This document shows, in pieces, positions 1-12,348 of a stretch of 64,000 bases of DNA. Location: the NCBI GenBank assembly GCA_035084275.1, contig CM068756.1, positions 14,694,001 through 14,758,000 on the forward strand. Reading direction: 5' to 3'. Source of the stretch: Hydrolagus colliei. Its lineage: Eukaryota. The position numbers were made by a program, and so were the translations under genes. The first letter of the stretch is position 1; the number at the start of each line of letters is the position of its first letter. The notes below the pieces were generated by a model, which was not told the origin of the DNA, made no database searches, and saw only the letters and a program-made list of their open reading frames with translations.

Positions 1-190
1 CCGGTTTGAAGACTTTCCTCTTCGATCGTGCCTTTTGTTCTACCCCGAATTCTTTTACCTCCCCTTCGTGTTTCACCCCTTCCCTAACACTCCCCTCCCA
101 GCTCGGGTCACACGCCTCTTGTTCAGCGCCTTGGGACGCCTCCCGACGTGAAAGGCGCTCTATAAATGTAAATTGTTGTTGTTGTTGTTG
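1..190 (+). mobile_element. L2 LINE 3' end with (GTT)n tail, young family
   Basis: Ends gtgaaaggcgctctataaatgtaaattgttgttgttg; nearly identical to the reverse complement of 62270-62460. Confidence 0.85.
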
Positions 191-429
191 CTTCAGTGCT
201 CTGGGTCTGCTACTCACCTTGTTTAATTATTGCTGATGGAAATTCAGAGATTGGGTGCAGCTAATCAATATATTGTGTAAGAGAGTGAACTTTGAATCAC
301 TTTATTTATTGGGGGCAAGTTCGCATTTTGTTCCTGAACTCAAATATTTTACATTGTGGCAATCAACTCTCAGTGAACCATAAAGAGGCAGGTACTATAC
401 ACAGGACACTCAGTAATGATGATCATAAT

Positions 430-755
430 AAAAATAATCCTTGCAATTGACACGGCGCTTTGCACGTCTTCTAGACGTCTCAAAGCGTTTCACAGAATAT
501 ACTGTAAAGTGAATTGATTGTACTTTTGTGGATGAAATGCAGCAGCCAATTGTGCACAGCAGTATCCCACAAACAGTCGTGGATTGAAATGACCAATTTT
601 ATTATTGTTTTTTTTGGGATTATTGTTAGGGGTGTGGAGTAAGGAAACTTGCCCAAGGTTTCACCCTGACCTGCCTGGATTCAAACACAGGTCTCACGCT
701 TGTGAGGCAAGTGCTCTAACCACTGAGCAGCAGGATTCCACTATATAATAAAAAT
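430..755 (-). mobile_element. tRNA-derived Deu-type SINE with L2-like tail
   Basis: Minus strand has A-box/B-box head (gctcagtggttagag...gtttgaatcc), Deu-like core (tgtgggatactgctgtgcacaattggctgc) and tail ending tgcaaggattatt. Confidence 0.75.
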
Positions 756-769
756 AATAACAAAAATAA

Positions 770-1080
770 TAATAATAATCCTTGCATTTGATATAGCACT
801 TTTCAAATCTTATTGATGTCTCAAAGCGCTTCACAGAATATACTGTAAAATGAATTGAATGTTTATATTTGTGGGTGAAACGCGGCAGTGGATTGTGCAC
901 AGTGGTGTCCCACAAACAGTCATGGATTAAATTGACAAATGTTTAGTACAGTGTTGTGTTTTTTTGGACGGATTAGTATTGGGTAAGGAAACTTACCCAA
1001 GGTTTCACCCTGATCTGCCTGGATTCGAACACAGGTCTCACTCTTGTAAAGCGAGTGCTCTAACCACTGAGCTACAGGAG
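770..1080 (-). mobile_element. Deu-type SINE copy
   Basis: Same head/core/tail as 430-755. Confidence 0.75.
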
Positions 1081-1089
1081 CTCGAAATA

Positions 1090-1560
1090 TTTGTACAGTG
1101 TCGGCAAAATGTCCTGAAGTGCTGGACAGTTAAGGATTGGCACCCAAACTGGTGAATGGGATCAAGAGGGGTAAAGGGCAGGGCGGGGAGGGTAGGAGTA
1201 GGAGGGTGACCAAAGGCAGAGTCAAAGAGGAGGGTCTTGAGACGGGTCTTGAAGGAGGTAATGGTGGAAGGACTGCAGGATGGAGTTCTAACAGGTAGGG
1301 CCAGAGTGACTGAAGGCCCACCCGACAATGGTGGGGGAGATGAGGTGGGGGGAACATGAAGCAGGCTGGGGCCCAATGAGTGCACGGAGTAGACCGGTTG
1401 GTAGGGGGGTTAATAGGTCACAGAGGAAGTGGGGAGGGTCAGGGGTGGGGAGATGGGGGAAGAGAGAGAGTACATGGAGGGCTTTGATGGTGAGGATCTG
1501 GATCTTGGATGATCCAGATCCTCACCATGTAACTCCTCCATTACAACAATATGCCCTCCA
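1090..1560 (-). mobile_element. L2 LINE 3' fragment
   Basis: Minus translation ITSFKTRLKTLLFDSAFG matches the L2 ORF2 C-terminus seen in other copies. Confidence 0.7.
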
Positions 1561-2167
1561 GGTAGGGTAGGTCCTCAGAGCGCTTGCAACAGGAGTCAGA
1601 GGAATTGCTCCTCCATTATAAACAAGCTTCCCCACCGCCCCCACACACACACCAGATAAAAAGGCAAGAAGGATTATTAGTACAGTAATAATAATAATAA
1701 TCCTTGCATTTGATGTAGCTCTTTTCAGGTCTTCTAGATGTCTCAAAGCACTTCACAGAATATATTGTAAAGTGAATTGACTGTATATATAATATGCATA
1801 ATGCTTGCATCTGATAAAGCACTATATTATGTAATTGCTCCATCTCAAAGTACTTCACAGGTTATACTGTAAAGTGTAGTGACTGTGTATTTGGGGGGCG
1901 AAATGCAGCAGCAATTTGTATACAACAGTGCCCTACGGTCGCAGTCACAGTTTGAGTGCACAATTTTATTTGAAGAATATTTGGCCAGGGCACCATGAGA
2001 GAGAAAATCCTTTCTCTTTTTTAATGTCCACCTGAACAGGCAGACAGGACCTTTGCTTATTTTCTTCAATTGACAGCACCTCTGAAACTATAACCACACA
2101 ACCCAGGACTGCATCGCAGCTTATACAGTATAATATACTATATCAAAGTATACAGTACTATGTATTA

Positions 2168-2526
2168 TTAATAATAATACTGCATTGATGTCACGATTAA
2201 TATTGCAACCATTCACTGGGGGCAGGGAATAACCCTTCTCAGGGTTATTGAGGGGTGGGGCTAGAACACACAACCTTCTGACTCAGAAGAACCAAGGCTT
2301 GGCGACTTCAGTGTGTGTTGGGGTAACTATTGGAGTCTAACCAACTAACTCCACTTGCCATTCATATCACTGATCTCTGGCAAGTTTTCCTGCTGCTTGT
2401 CCATCTAGGACCACACTACCTATTAGGACTCGCTTGCAGAGTTAACAGAAGCTGAGAAGGGTTATTCCCTGCCCCCAGTGAATGGTTGCAATATTAATCG
2501 TGACATCAATGCAGTATTATTATTAA
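2168..2526. repeat. Perfect 75-bp inverted repeat (2168-2242 / 2452-2526), 209-bp spacer
   Basis: Arms are exact reverse complements by direct reading. Confidence 0.9.
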
Positions 2527-2726
2527 TTCTGCCTATCTCCTCTCTTCCCATCTCACCCCATGCACCAGGTATGAGAAGCTTTGGGTACTGTTTGTTGTTC
2601 AGAGAAGTTAAGCAATCATGTGTGAGACAACCCAGCCTGGGGCAAAGAATATATCACTTGTTATCACATGTTCTGCTACTGGGGGTGATGAACTCTACTA
2701 TTTATCTATCACTGAGACTGAGGAAG

Positions 2727-5700
2727 TGTAAAATGGCGGCGAGAGGACAGGTCTCTGTGCAGCATGAGATTAAGAAGTCCACATGGCAGAGATTGCTCGA
2801 CCTGGTTCCAGCCCCGAGACCCACAGCCCCGGCCCCAGCCACAGGACCCACAGCCCCGGCCTCAGCCACAGCCCCAGGACCCACAGCCCCGGCCCCAGCC
2901 ACAGGACCCACAGCCCCGGCTCCAGCCCCGCGACCAACAGCTCCGTGACCCGCGGCCCCGGCTCCAAGACCCACTGCCCCGTGACTCACGGCCCCGGTCC
3001 CGGCTCCAGCCTCAACCCGGCGACCCATGGCCCAGGCCCACGCAGCCCCGGCAACCGGCCCTGAAACCCACAGCCCCAGCCTCGGCCTCAGGCCCGGCCA
3101 GGCTGCAGATCACAGCGCCTCTGCATCCCCTAGCTGCGGCCTCACATCCATTGGGATGATGCCGCCCCATTGACCCTCGCTCCTGGTCTCCCGCGTGCGC
3201 AATATGGCTACCGCCATGACCCGAGCTTCCCTCCCCCTCCTCAAGTTTTTCCCCCCAACCCCCCCCCTCCGTTATTCCTTATCTACCCTTCTTTCTCTTC
3301 GCCCTCCTCGCCTATTGTCCCTGCTCGACCCTCCCACCGCTTCCCTTTGTTCCAGTTTAGGAATTCTCCGTCGGGCTCACCGTGGTACTCGGCGCTGGGT
3401 GTCCAACAGCAGCCACACCAAGTGCCCTGTCCCCCACCAACACCGCCAGCCCCACCGGACACAAACCCGGGGGGTCAACCTCTCCTCCCTTATCCAGATT
3501 CCCACCCTCCCCGCCGACCATCCCAGCCCCCCCTCACACCCCTCGGCCAATTGCTCTTTCCGCATCGGCCTCCAAAATGTCCGCTCTGTCTGCAACAAGA
3601 CCCTGGCCATCAACGATCTCAGACCCTGCTGAGAACATTGACATCATGGCCCTGACGGAGACTTGGATCATCCCAGGCGACACTTTCCCCCTCGTTGAAG
3701 CCACATCACCCAATTACACATTGCACCATGCCCCTCGACCAAACCGTCGTGGCGGTGGTGTGGCCCTCATTTCAAAGACATCCCTTGCCCTATCCCCCTA
3801 TTCCTCCGTTTTTTTCCCCTCTTTTGAACAGCTCACCCTCTCTCACTCCTCCCACAATTCCTTCAAAATCCTATTTGTTTATCGCCCCCCCCAAAGCCTC
3901 CCCCACTTTCATTTCAGATTTTTCTTCACTTTTAACCTCTTTTTGTGCTTCCTCTGATCGCCTCATCATTCTTGGCGACTTCAACCTCCATTTCACCCCC
4001 TCCTGCCCCATTTCCTCTGAATTTTCCACTTTACTTTCGTCTTTCAATTTCTCCCTTCACATTAACACTGCCACCCACACCCACGGCCATCCGCTCGATC
4101 TGGTGATCACCCGAGGCCTCAAAATCTCTGGCGTCACCATCACCGACAAGGCCATTTCAGACCATTTTTTCATCTCTTTCAACACCTCTATCCCTCCCCC
4201 CTCCACCTCCAAACCCACCACCATCTTCTACCGGCCCTGGAAGAAGATTCCCCCTCAAACTTTCACCTCTGCCCTCGAAACCTCCGACTTCCTCCCACAG
4301 TGGCACTCTTTTTGCACTGACCCATCCTCCGCCTCCACCGCCCTCCATAACACCCTCTCCACTACCCTCGACACCCTGGCCCCCTTCACCACCAGAACCG
4401 TCTCCCACTCCCAATCATCACCGTGGACACAACTCACCTCCGTTCCCTCAAACGCCACGTGAGAGCAGCTGAACGCACCTGGCTCAAATCTGGCCTCACG
4501 GTCCACCGGCAAATCTGGCTGGACCGCATCAAATTTTACCGCTCCGCCCTAGCCACCGCCAAATCAGCCTTCTACTCCAGGATAATCCTGGAAGCGAAGG
4601 ACAACCACCGCCTCCTCTTCGCCACCACCAACCAGCTCCTCCGCCCCCCCACCCCCCCCCCCCCCACCGTCTCGCTTCGCAGATCCTTTCCTCAAACGAA
4701 CGTTGTGAGGAGATGTTGGTCGAGTCCAGGCTACACCTTCCACCACCACACCCCCTGCCCTAACCTATGTGGTAGTGGGGTGGCCATCATCTCCAAAGCT
4801 TCATTTGGTCTTTCTCCCTATGCCTCTGGCTGTTTCCCCTCTTTCGAGCACCTCACCCTCTACCATCTATCTCTTTCTCTAAAAAATATTCTGCTCTACT
4901 GCCCTCCTAAACCACCTTGGTCCTTCCTCTGATATTTCCACTCTCCTCTCCTCCCTGTCCCACAGCTCTGAATACCTGCTAATCATGGGCAACTTCAAAC
5001 TTCACCTAATCTCCACCTGCACCACATCCTCTGATTTCACTGCCCTCCTCCCCTCCCTAAACCTCACCCTCCATATCAACTCTCTAACCCATAACCATGG
5101 CGATGCACTCAACCTTGTCCTCACCCACGGCCTTGACATCTCCAACCTCAACATCATGGACAAGGGTATCTTGGAACACTTGCTCACCTCCTTCTCCTCT
5201 CACATCCCTCTCTCCTCAACAAGCTCTCAACTGCACTCTTCCACCCATGTAAATAGCTTTCCCCCTGTGACCCTCACAGAGGCCCTCACATCCTTTGACA
5301 TCTTATCCCTCTGGCGTTCCACCTGCAGAGATCCTAAAGCAGCCATCCAGCTGTTGCACAATCGCCTCTCCTCCACCTTCAACTCTCTCATCCCCCCGAA
5401 GTCCAAGACCATCTCCAAACCCACCCGATCGCCCTGGTACAATAGTCATCTCCACTCACAAAAGACATAGTCTCGACGGCTTGAGTGCAGGTGGCAGAAG
5501 CACTGTATCAAATGCAACTGTATCACTGCCTGCTGTGGCTCAAGCACCTCCACAGTTACCACTATTATGGTCACGAGCAAAAACAGCTTATTACTCAAAC
5601 ATCATTCTGGAGGGTAAAAACAGCCCCAAAGTCCTCTTTTCCACAACCCACCACCTCCTACATGCACCGTCTCAGGCATCCTAAATCTTCACTTCAAATG

Positions 5701-7305
5701 TGAAGTGCGAGAAGGTCATGGTCTTCTCCAAAATCCACAATATCCACCTGGCAGCCTCCTCCTGCCTCTCATCGCCCACCATCACCACCCACATTCCGTC
5801 CCCCTCACCTTCCCCATCATCAGCTTCTATCACTACTCCGTTCCTACAATCCAGTTTCCGCCCTACCCACAGTACAGAGACTGCGCTTGTGAAAGTCACA
5901 AGCAATGTTCCTCTCTATCTGTGACCAGGGCTCCCTCTGCCTCCTTGTCGTCCTGGACTCTTCAGCAACATTCGACACAGTCGACCACGCCATCCTCCTC
6001 CACCACCTCCTCCGTTGTTCACCTCAGTGTGACTGCACTCGCCTGGTTTGAGTCCTACCTTACAAACCACCGGGAGTATATCGCCACAAATGGCTTTTCC
6101 TCCCGCTCTCACTCGGTTAAATGTGGGGTAACCCAAGCATCCATTCTTGGACTCCTCCTCTTCCTAAACTATCCTCTTCCTTCTTGGTAACGTCATCTGC
6201 AGACATGGGGTACACTACCACATGTATGCGGATGACACCCAATTCTATTTTTCCACCTCACTTTGCGACCCCCTGATGTACTGTCAGCCTGCCTGTCAGC
6301 CATGAGGAGCTGCCTGTCAGACATGAGGAGCTGCCTGTCAGACATGAGGAGCTGCCTGTCAGACATGAGGAGCTGCCTGTCAGCCATGAGGAGCTGCCTG
6401 TCAGACATGAGGAGCTGCCTGTCAGCCATGAGGAGCTGCCTGTCAGCCATGAGGAGCTGCCTGTCAGACATGAGGAGCTGGATGAGCGTGAGTTTCCTGC
6501 ACCTGCATGTTGACAAGACGGAAGACATACTATTTGGCTCTCTTCGTCGTCTTCATTTACATCGCTCTCACCTCCTCCACCTACATGACCTGCCCCTAAA
6601 ACTCTCCGAACCGGTACGCAACCTTGGCGTGAGGTTCAACCCACAAATGTCCTTCCTCCCCCACATCCGGTCTCTCACCAGCACTGCTTTTTTCCACCTC
6701 CGACATTTTGCCCATCTTTGGTAATAACTTGCCCCAAAAGCCGCTGAAACTCTGGTCCATGCCTTTGTCACCTCTCAGCTGGACTCTGCAAATCCACTCC
6801 TCCACCACAATCCATAAAATCCAGCTCAGTCAGAACTCTGACGCCCGCGTTCTCACCCGGACCAAACTTCGCTCCCCCATTACCACAGTCCTTGCCAGAT
6901 TCACTGGCTCCCTGTCCCGGAGAGGATCCATTTTAAGATCCTCAATCTTGGCTTCAAATCTCTCCAATCCTCTGCATCCCTTACCTCTCTGACCTCTTCT
7001 CTCCCCAAAACAGCACCCGTTGCCTTCGCTCCTCCGGTTCAGGTCTCCTCCTCGTCACGCAAATCCTCCGTTCCACAATCGGCGGCCGTGCCTCCAGCCA
7101 CTGCGCCCCGCAGCTGTGGCACTCCCTTCCTCACTCCCTTTGCCTTGCTCCCTCTCTTCCTAGTTTCAGGTCTCTGTTAAAGACCTTTCTGTTCGACGGC
7201 GCATTGGGTCACCTTGCTCCCCTTCCCCCTTTTGTGAAGTGCTCTGAGACGCCATCCAGCTTGGAGGGCGCTATATAAACCAAAGTTGTTGTTGTTGTTG
7301 TTGTA
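2727..7305 (+). mobile_element. Composite, decayed long L2 LINE (endonuclease + RT + 3' tail)
   Basis: APE motifs LQNVRSVCNK, MALTETW, IILGDFNLH (3560-4000); a second APE fragment restarts near 4720; RT HMYADDTQ near 6220; (GTT)n tail at 7285-7303; many frameshifts. Confidence 0.85.
6290..6478 (+). repeat. 9 x 21-bp tandem repeat, in frame (CLS[D/A]MRS)x9, inside L2 RT
   Basis: Unit tgcctgtcag(a/c)catgaggagc counted from the sequence and ORF 6263-6724. Confidence 0.95.
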
Positions 7306-8300
7306 ATCTCCTACAGTTAGGAAGTTTCCACCAGGGGAACCTAATTACTAATCAACAATTCTTCCTTACATTGTGTACAAAAAATACAATGAATTTCCGA
7401 ATATCCCAGAAATCATCACATAGTTCTACTTGGAGACATACCTTCTTACTCCGATTCTAATCTCCAAGTTGTATTCTTGTCGATCACAATGAGAATTATT
7501 AATACATGTTAGGTTTCCACAATGAGTCTTGTTTTAATGCAGCAAATCGTTTCATTGCGAACAAGAACAATCTATTAGGATAATGTTTAATTTCAACTGA
7601 ACGACATTGGTGGAGCTGTGAGAAATTTAAACGAACAGAAGTCAGGTTTAAAACTATCACGTTTTAGCAACACACAATTTACAGGATTATGAAAAAAATG
7701 AACCAAATATCGGATTTGATCCATAAATTCCAAATTTGTTATAGAATAGTTGGTTCTTTGGGCGTCCAATGGTTGAAAATACAGTAATTTGTTATAATAA
7801 TAAGTGAATTCTGAATATATTCAAATATATTTTTTAATGAATCGATTATTTCGATCTACCAGACTAACAATACCCCAATAACACAACACAATATCTTAAT
7901 GCATACGTTCTGAAAAGGTCCCATCAAATGGCTCTGTTGGAGGGAACTGTTGGGAATGTTCTCTCACGAAATTAAACTTGTTTGTGTACGGTCACGAAAA
8001 TGACACTCAGACATTGCACTGAGGAGCTAAACTGTAGTGGCGCGAGATAATAGTTCAAAGAGTAATAAAATATGTATTGGTGTTTCAGATACAGTTCACC
8101 TTGTATCGTTATTGGCGTTAAATCATTTTTAGTCGCTCTTAATGTAGACATCAGCTTTTTTTGAAAATGGAAACCAATTGTATTGCTCAATCTGCAGGGG
8201 CAGGACGTTAGGCGTCACTGACTTACATTCATTTCAGCGTCTGCCACCCCTTGATACAGACTAGCGGCGGGTCAGGTAGTCTCAGACAGTGATCTGAGCC

Positions 8301-8352
8301 ATGGCAAGCACTGCGTTTCACTATTTCTCTCTCGTGGGGTTGCTTTCCACAG
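8301..8352 (+). CDS. Gene A exon 1, signal peptide (MASTAFHYFSLVGLLST)
   Basis: ATG in gccATGg context, hydrophobic leader, phase-1 donor G|GTAGGT; paralogous exon at 28816. Confidence 0.8.
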
Positions 8353-8579
8353 GTAGGTGCTCGGTTTGGTTAAAAAAAAACCTATGTATTTTTGTCCTAA
8401 AGTACGCGCTCCGGGCGCTACCCTGAGAGAGAGATTCGCTAGATAAATGCAAAAATGTTGTGAACGTAGTTTCGTTGCTTCACATTCAACTCCCCGACCT
8501 CACGCTGCGTATTTTCTCTGTACTCGTTTTGATCGGTTATGTATTTTACCCAATCAGTGTCTGAATTTATTCCTGATAG

Positions 8580-8897
8580 TTGCTGACGGTACTTTGATGA
8601 AAGTGACTCAACTCCCCAAACACACTGCAACTAAAGGAGGAAGCGTCACATTCCAGTGTGGCATTCCCTACTTTGATAGCAGCCCACGTATTAAAGTGTA
8701 CTGGTGGAAGTTTGGGGAGAGGGAGTACCTGCAAACAAAGCCAGATCCCAGGAAAATATTTGGTTTCGAACAAGGAGGAAGCGGCTTCTTTCAGCTCCTG
8801 GATGTGAATTTCCAGGACTCTGGAGTTTATCACTGCGCTCTGGTGTTACAGGGGAAAATAGCAGCAAATGGAACTGGATCCACTTTAACTGTTTGCC
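8580..8897 (+). CDS. Gene A exon 2, IgV domain with J-like G strand (SIRP-like receptor)
   Basis: FQC...VYWW...DSGVYHC...NGTGSTLTV; acceptor gatag|, donor C|GTAAGT; 318 nt, phase 1-1. Confidence 0.9.
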
Positions 8898-10074
8898 GTA
8901 AGTGTTAAACCATCGTAGATCTGGACCATTGCTATCTACACATGTTATGCAAACATAACTAACTATTACATTGTACTCTGAAAAGAATCAAAAGTAGAAT
9001 AAAACCTACATGTGTGTTTATCTTCCACTTTGGGGAAATGTTCCAGTTCCTGAAGAGGAATGGCATTCCCTGGTTACCCAATCCTGGAGAGTATAGGTTG
9101 GCAAGTGCCAAGGGCTGGGACCTGAGTTAGCTAAAGCCGCAAACTTGTCCCAGCAATTAAACACTTGAAAACACTGTGTCCAGCAAGCTTCCTGCCGCGT
9201 GTGTGGGGCAGTCAGCCTGCCGCTTACTGACTCGTCCTTGCTAAAGTAAATAGGGGACATGAGTGGGAAGACTCTCTGCCCCCAGCACTGTCTGCCTCTG
9301 ATCCTCGCTGATGAGCCGGGCTGGCTGGTCTGTCACCAGCAACGCTTGAGAGGCTCTGAAGACCTGCCAACGTTAGGAATGGAAACACTGACACAGAGTT
9401 GACTGAGTTGGAACATTGCGCCGCTGAGCGCGTCCCCGTAGAGCAGTTCAGTTCCAAGGAGACTCCATTCACCTCGATAGGGTAATCATTTAATAGCTAC
9501 AAACACGATAAACATGCCAGTAACCAAATTAACCCAAACCAAATAATAATAATGAATTTTAAAATAATAATAATTCGTATCATTAGGAATATACACTGAG
9601 ATTTATTCGCATCGAACTGTCCGAATAACACAATCGAGAATTGCATAACATCTCTAGAATATCCTTGTAAAGGTGGGAAACACGAAATTTATCATGGATA
9701 CTTTTAAGAAGATTGTGATAGTTTTTTTTTGCATTGATATCAGCCACTCGGCTGACTGAAAACATTGTGGAAATGAATCCTTACCTCGTTGACGGTTTAA
9801 ATAGAAAATAGCAGCCGCGTTTTATTCTCGCTTGGGCTATCTTTTTTGTGTGAAGTCATTTACTTACAGGTGAACTAGATTCAATAATATCAATGTTGTT
9901 TCATTACTTTGGGAAACTGTGATTCCTGGAGATTAAATAAATGCTATTACTGAATATGCCGTTAAGTAAGAAATACATAAATCAGATCAATTTGCGGCAG
10001 AAAATTTAATCGGATATAAATCAGAATAAACGTTTCTCCAACTGAAGTTGTGTAATTCGGTTCCAATATGGAGG

Positions 10075-10375
10075 TTTATATCGCGGTGCCTCGAGCCTCA
10101 CAAGCGAGAGACCTGTGCTCCATTCCAGGAGCACAGGTCTCTCGCTTCTCACTCCGATGTGAGGAGTGAGGAACCTTGGGCAAGGTTCCTCACTCCTCAC
10201 ATCGGATTATAATCCCAGAAGAGGATCCACAACAATACATTGATCATAAATTGTCTGTGCGCAATTGGCCGCCGCGTTTCTGCCACAAACGTAAAAGTAC
10301 ATTCTGTGAGGCGCTTGGAGACGTACAGAAGATGTGAAAAGCACTATGTGAAATGCAAGCATTATTATTGTTATT
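10075..10375 (+). mobile_element. Deu-type SINE with rearranged double-hairpin head, abutting the C1 acceptor
   Basis: Core tgtgcgcaattggccgccgcgtttc and tail aaatgcaagcattattatt; head contains two perfect stems. Confidence 0.75.
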
Positions 10376-10388
10376 ATCTAATTTACAG

Positions 10389-10700
10389 TTCCACCAACGT
10401 CGCTGAAGATAATCCCAAGATTCAGACAACATAATACACCCGTATCTCTGACTCTTGTGTGTCAAACGGCTGTGTATTACCCGAAGAATCTCACGCTGAC
10501 TTGGTATAACAATGGCACCGAAATTACAACCGGAATAAATACCACTGAGCAGCAGCATCCAGATGGATTGTATAGAACTTCCAGCTCACTGGAGGTGGCA
10601 CCACCTGTCTTGAATGGGACTGTTTATACCTGTACTGTATCACACATCAGCCTCCAGGCTTCAGAAACCGCCAATTACACAGTTCAGCTTTCCGGAGAAA
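10389..10700 (+). CDS. Gene A exon 3, C1-set Ig domain
   Basis: LVCQTAVYYPKNLTLTWY...DGLYRTSSSL...YTCTVSHISL is a C1-set signature; 312 nt, same length as the gene C C1 exon. Confidence 0.9.
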
Positions 10701-11044
10701 GTAACGTGCCATACATCTTATTATCAATCCGCAGTAAATGTTCGCATGATTATTGCAATTGATCGTAAAGCTAATTTATAATTATTTAAAAAGAAAATCC
10801 ACTTCTGATTCAATGTATTAGAAATGTAGGTACTAATATGTGTGAGTTATTTCCCCCCCCAAATCATACAAGAAAACGCATTACTAACATAAAATTAGAA
10901 ATTCACTAACATAATCTTTATTCTGGTACAACCTGGAGTTAATTAAACTATAAGTTAGTTATCAGGCCACAAACATATTGTGTTGAGAAAAGAAATAAAT
11001 TACACACTATAACCTATCGTTTCTTTATTTATCTTACCATTTAG

Positions 11045-11146
11045 AAGGAAATAATTATTGGATCGCTGGATGTGCAGGGGGTGCACTGATATTTCTAATA
11101 GCTTTAATTATCATTGGAAAGCGATGCCAATTAATGAAACGGAGAG
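11045..11146 (+). CDS. Gene A exon 4, transmembrane, uncharged (WIAGCAGGALIFLIALIIIG-KRCQLMKRR)
   Basis: Hydrophobic run followed by basic residues; AG/GT sites keep frame; 102 nt like the gene D TM exon. Confidence 0.85.
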
Positions 11147-11409
11147 GTGAGAAACATCTGTTTTTTATTGAAATTAAATTATATTACTCGTATTTTAATT
11201 GAATGTTTCAGTGTGTAAACGAGACATCCACGGGTGATGCAGTGGGAAACGGGTTGGAAGACTAAATATCTGTGTAGCTCCTTAATGATTCTTAAATATT
11301 AAGGATGTTCAGAATTTTTATTCATTCCAGTCCGCATGCTATTTTAAATTCCTATTGTAGAAATGTAATACCTGTACATATTTCATTAATTTAATCTCAT
11401 TAATTTTAG

Positions 11410-11453
11410 ACTCCCATAAAAAAACGAATGGATCGCACAGTTCTGGAGAACAG
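11410..11453 (+). CDS. Gene A exon 5, short cytoplasmic exon (DSHKKTNGSHSSGEQ)
   Basis: 44 nt, phase 1-0, homologous to 54282-54325. Confidence 0.8.
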
Positions 11454-11529
11454 GTAACTTTATATAATTTATCTCAGCAGGTTTATCATCTTGCAAGCTG
11501 ATATTGAACGAAAACACAGAGATTGTTCT

Positions 11530-11780
11530 TTATAATTATAATTCTTGCATTTGATCAGAATACACTGTGAAGTGAATTGACGGTATAATTGTCGGTGAAA
11601 TGCAGCAGCCAATTGCAGACAGCAGTGTCCCACAAGCCGTCGTGGATTGAAATGACCAATTTTTTTCGTGATTATTATCAGACAGGTGGAAACTTGCCCA
11701 AGGTTTCGCCCTGCCTGTAATTGAACCCAGGTCTCCCGTTTGCACGTCAAATGCTTTAATCACAGAGCTAGAGGAGTCCA
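11530..11780 (-). mobile_element. Deu-type SINE copy (gene A intron)
   Basis: Same core/head as 430-755. Confidence 0.7.
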
Positions 11781-12264
11781 CAATACTGCTTAAGCACTGA
11801 GTGTCACACTGCGATGAACAAGTGATGTTCAGATGCCTAGTTTAAAATATTTCGAAAAGCATTTGAAAATATTTTACAATACTTATATTTCATCATATAC
11901 ACTGATAACCAATTCAATTGGTTCAATTCCTGGCACAGCAAAATTTGGGGCAAGTTTCCATATGCCGATGTCTCTGTTTACCTAGCAGTCCGTAGGATCA
12001 GTTAGCCGAATGGCGGATCGCTTTGCTCGGGATATTAATCCTTTAAAAACAATAATAAATTGGTCACTCAATCTATGATTGCTTGTAGGAAACTGCCCCA
12101 TTTTCCCACAAATATACAGTCAATTAATTCACAGTATATTCTGTGAAGTGCTTTGAGACATCTGGAAATTTGAAACGCGCAATATCAAATGCAAGGAATT
12201 TTATTATTGTGTTGAGAACAAAAGACAATGAATGAATCATGGAACTACAAGTTGTATTTTACAG

Positions 12265-12348
12265 GGAGCTGACAGTATCACATTGTATTTGACATGTTCC
12301 CAGCAATCTCAAAGACCTAAATATCAGGAAAGGACAGCACACACCCAG
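12265..12348 (+). CDS. Gene A exon 6, degenerate tyrosine-module exon (GADSITLYLTC...TAHTQ)
   Basis: ttttacag| acceptor, CAG|GTGAGA donor, 84 nt phase 0-0, open frame. Confidence 0.6.

Noticed and set aside
2478-3655. Pro/Ala-rich ORFs as host genes
   Set aside because: They arise from GC-rich tandem repeats at the L2 5' end; no splice structure or domain
6290-6478. CRISPR-like array
   Set aside because: Contiguous 21-bp units with no unique spacers, inside a eukaryotic L2 RT
8898-8960. RSS / rearranging V segments (TCR, Ig, IgNAR locus)
   Set aside because: No CACAGTG heptamer or nonamer after any V exon; each V already includes its G strand and ends at a splice donor
11212-11240. Alternative cytoplasmic exon after tttcag
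   Set aside because: In-frame TGA after eight codons; the 44-nt exon at 11410 matches the gene D paralog instead
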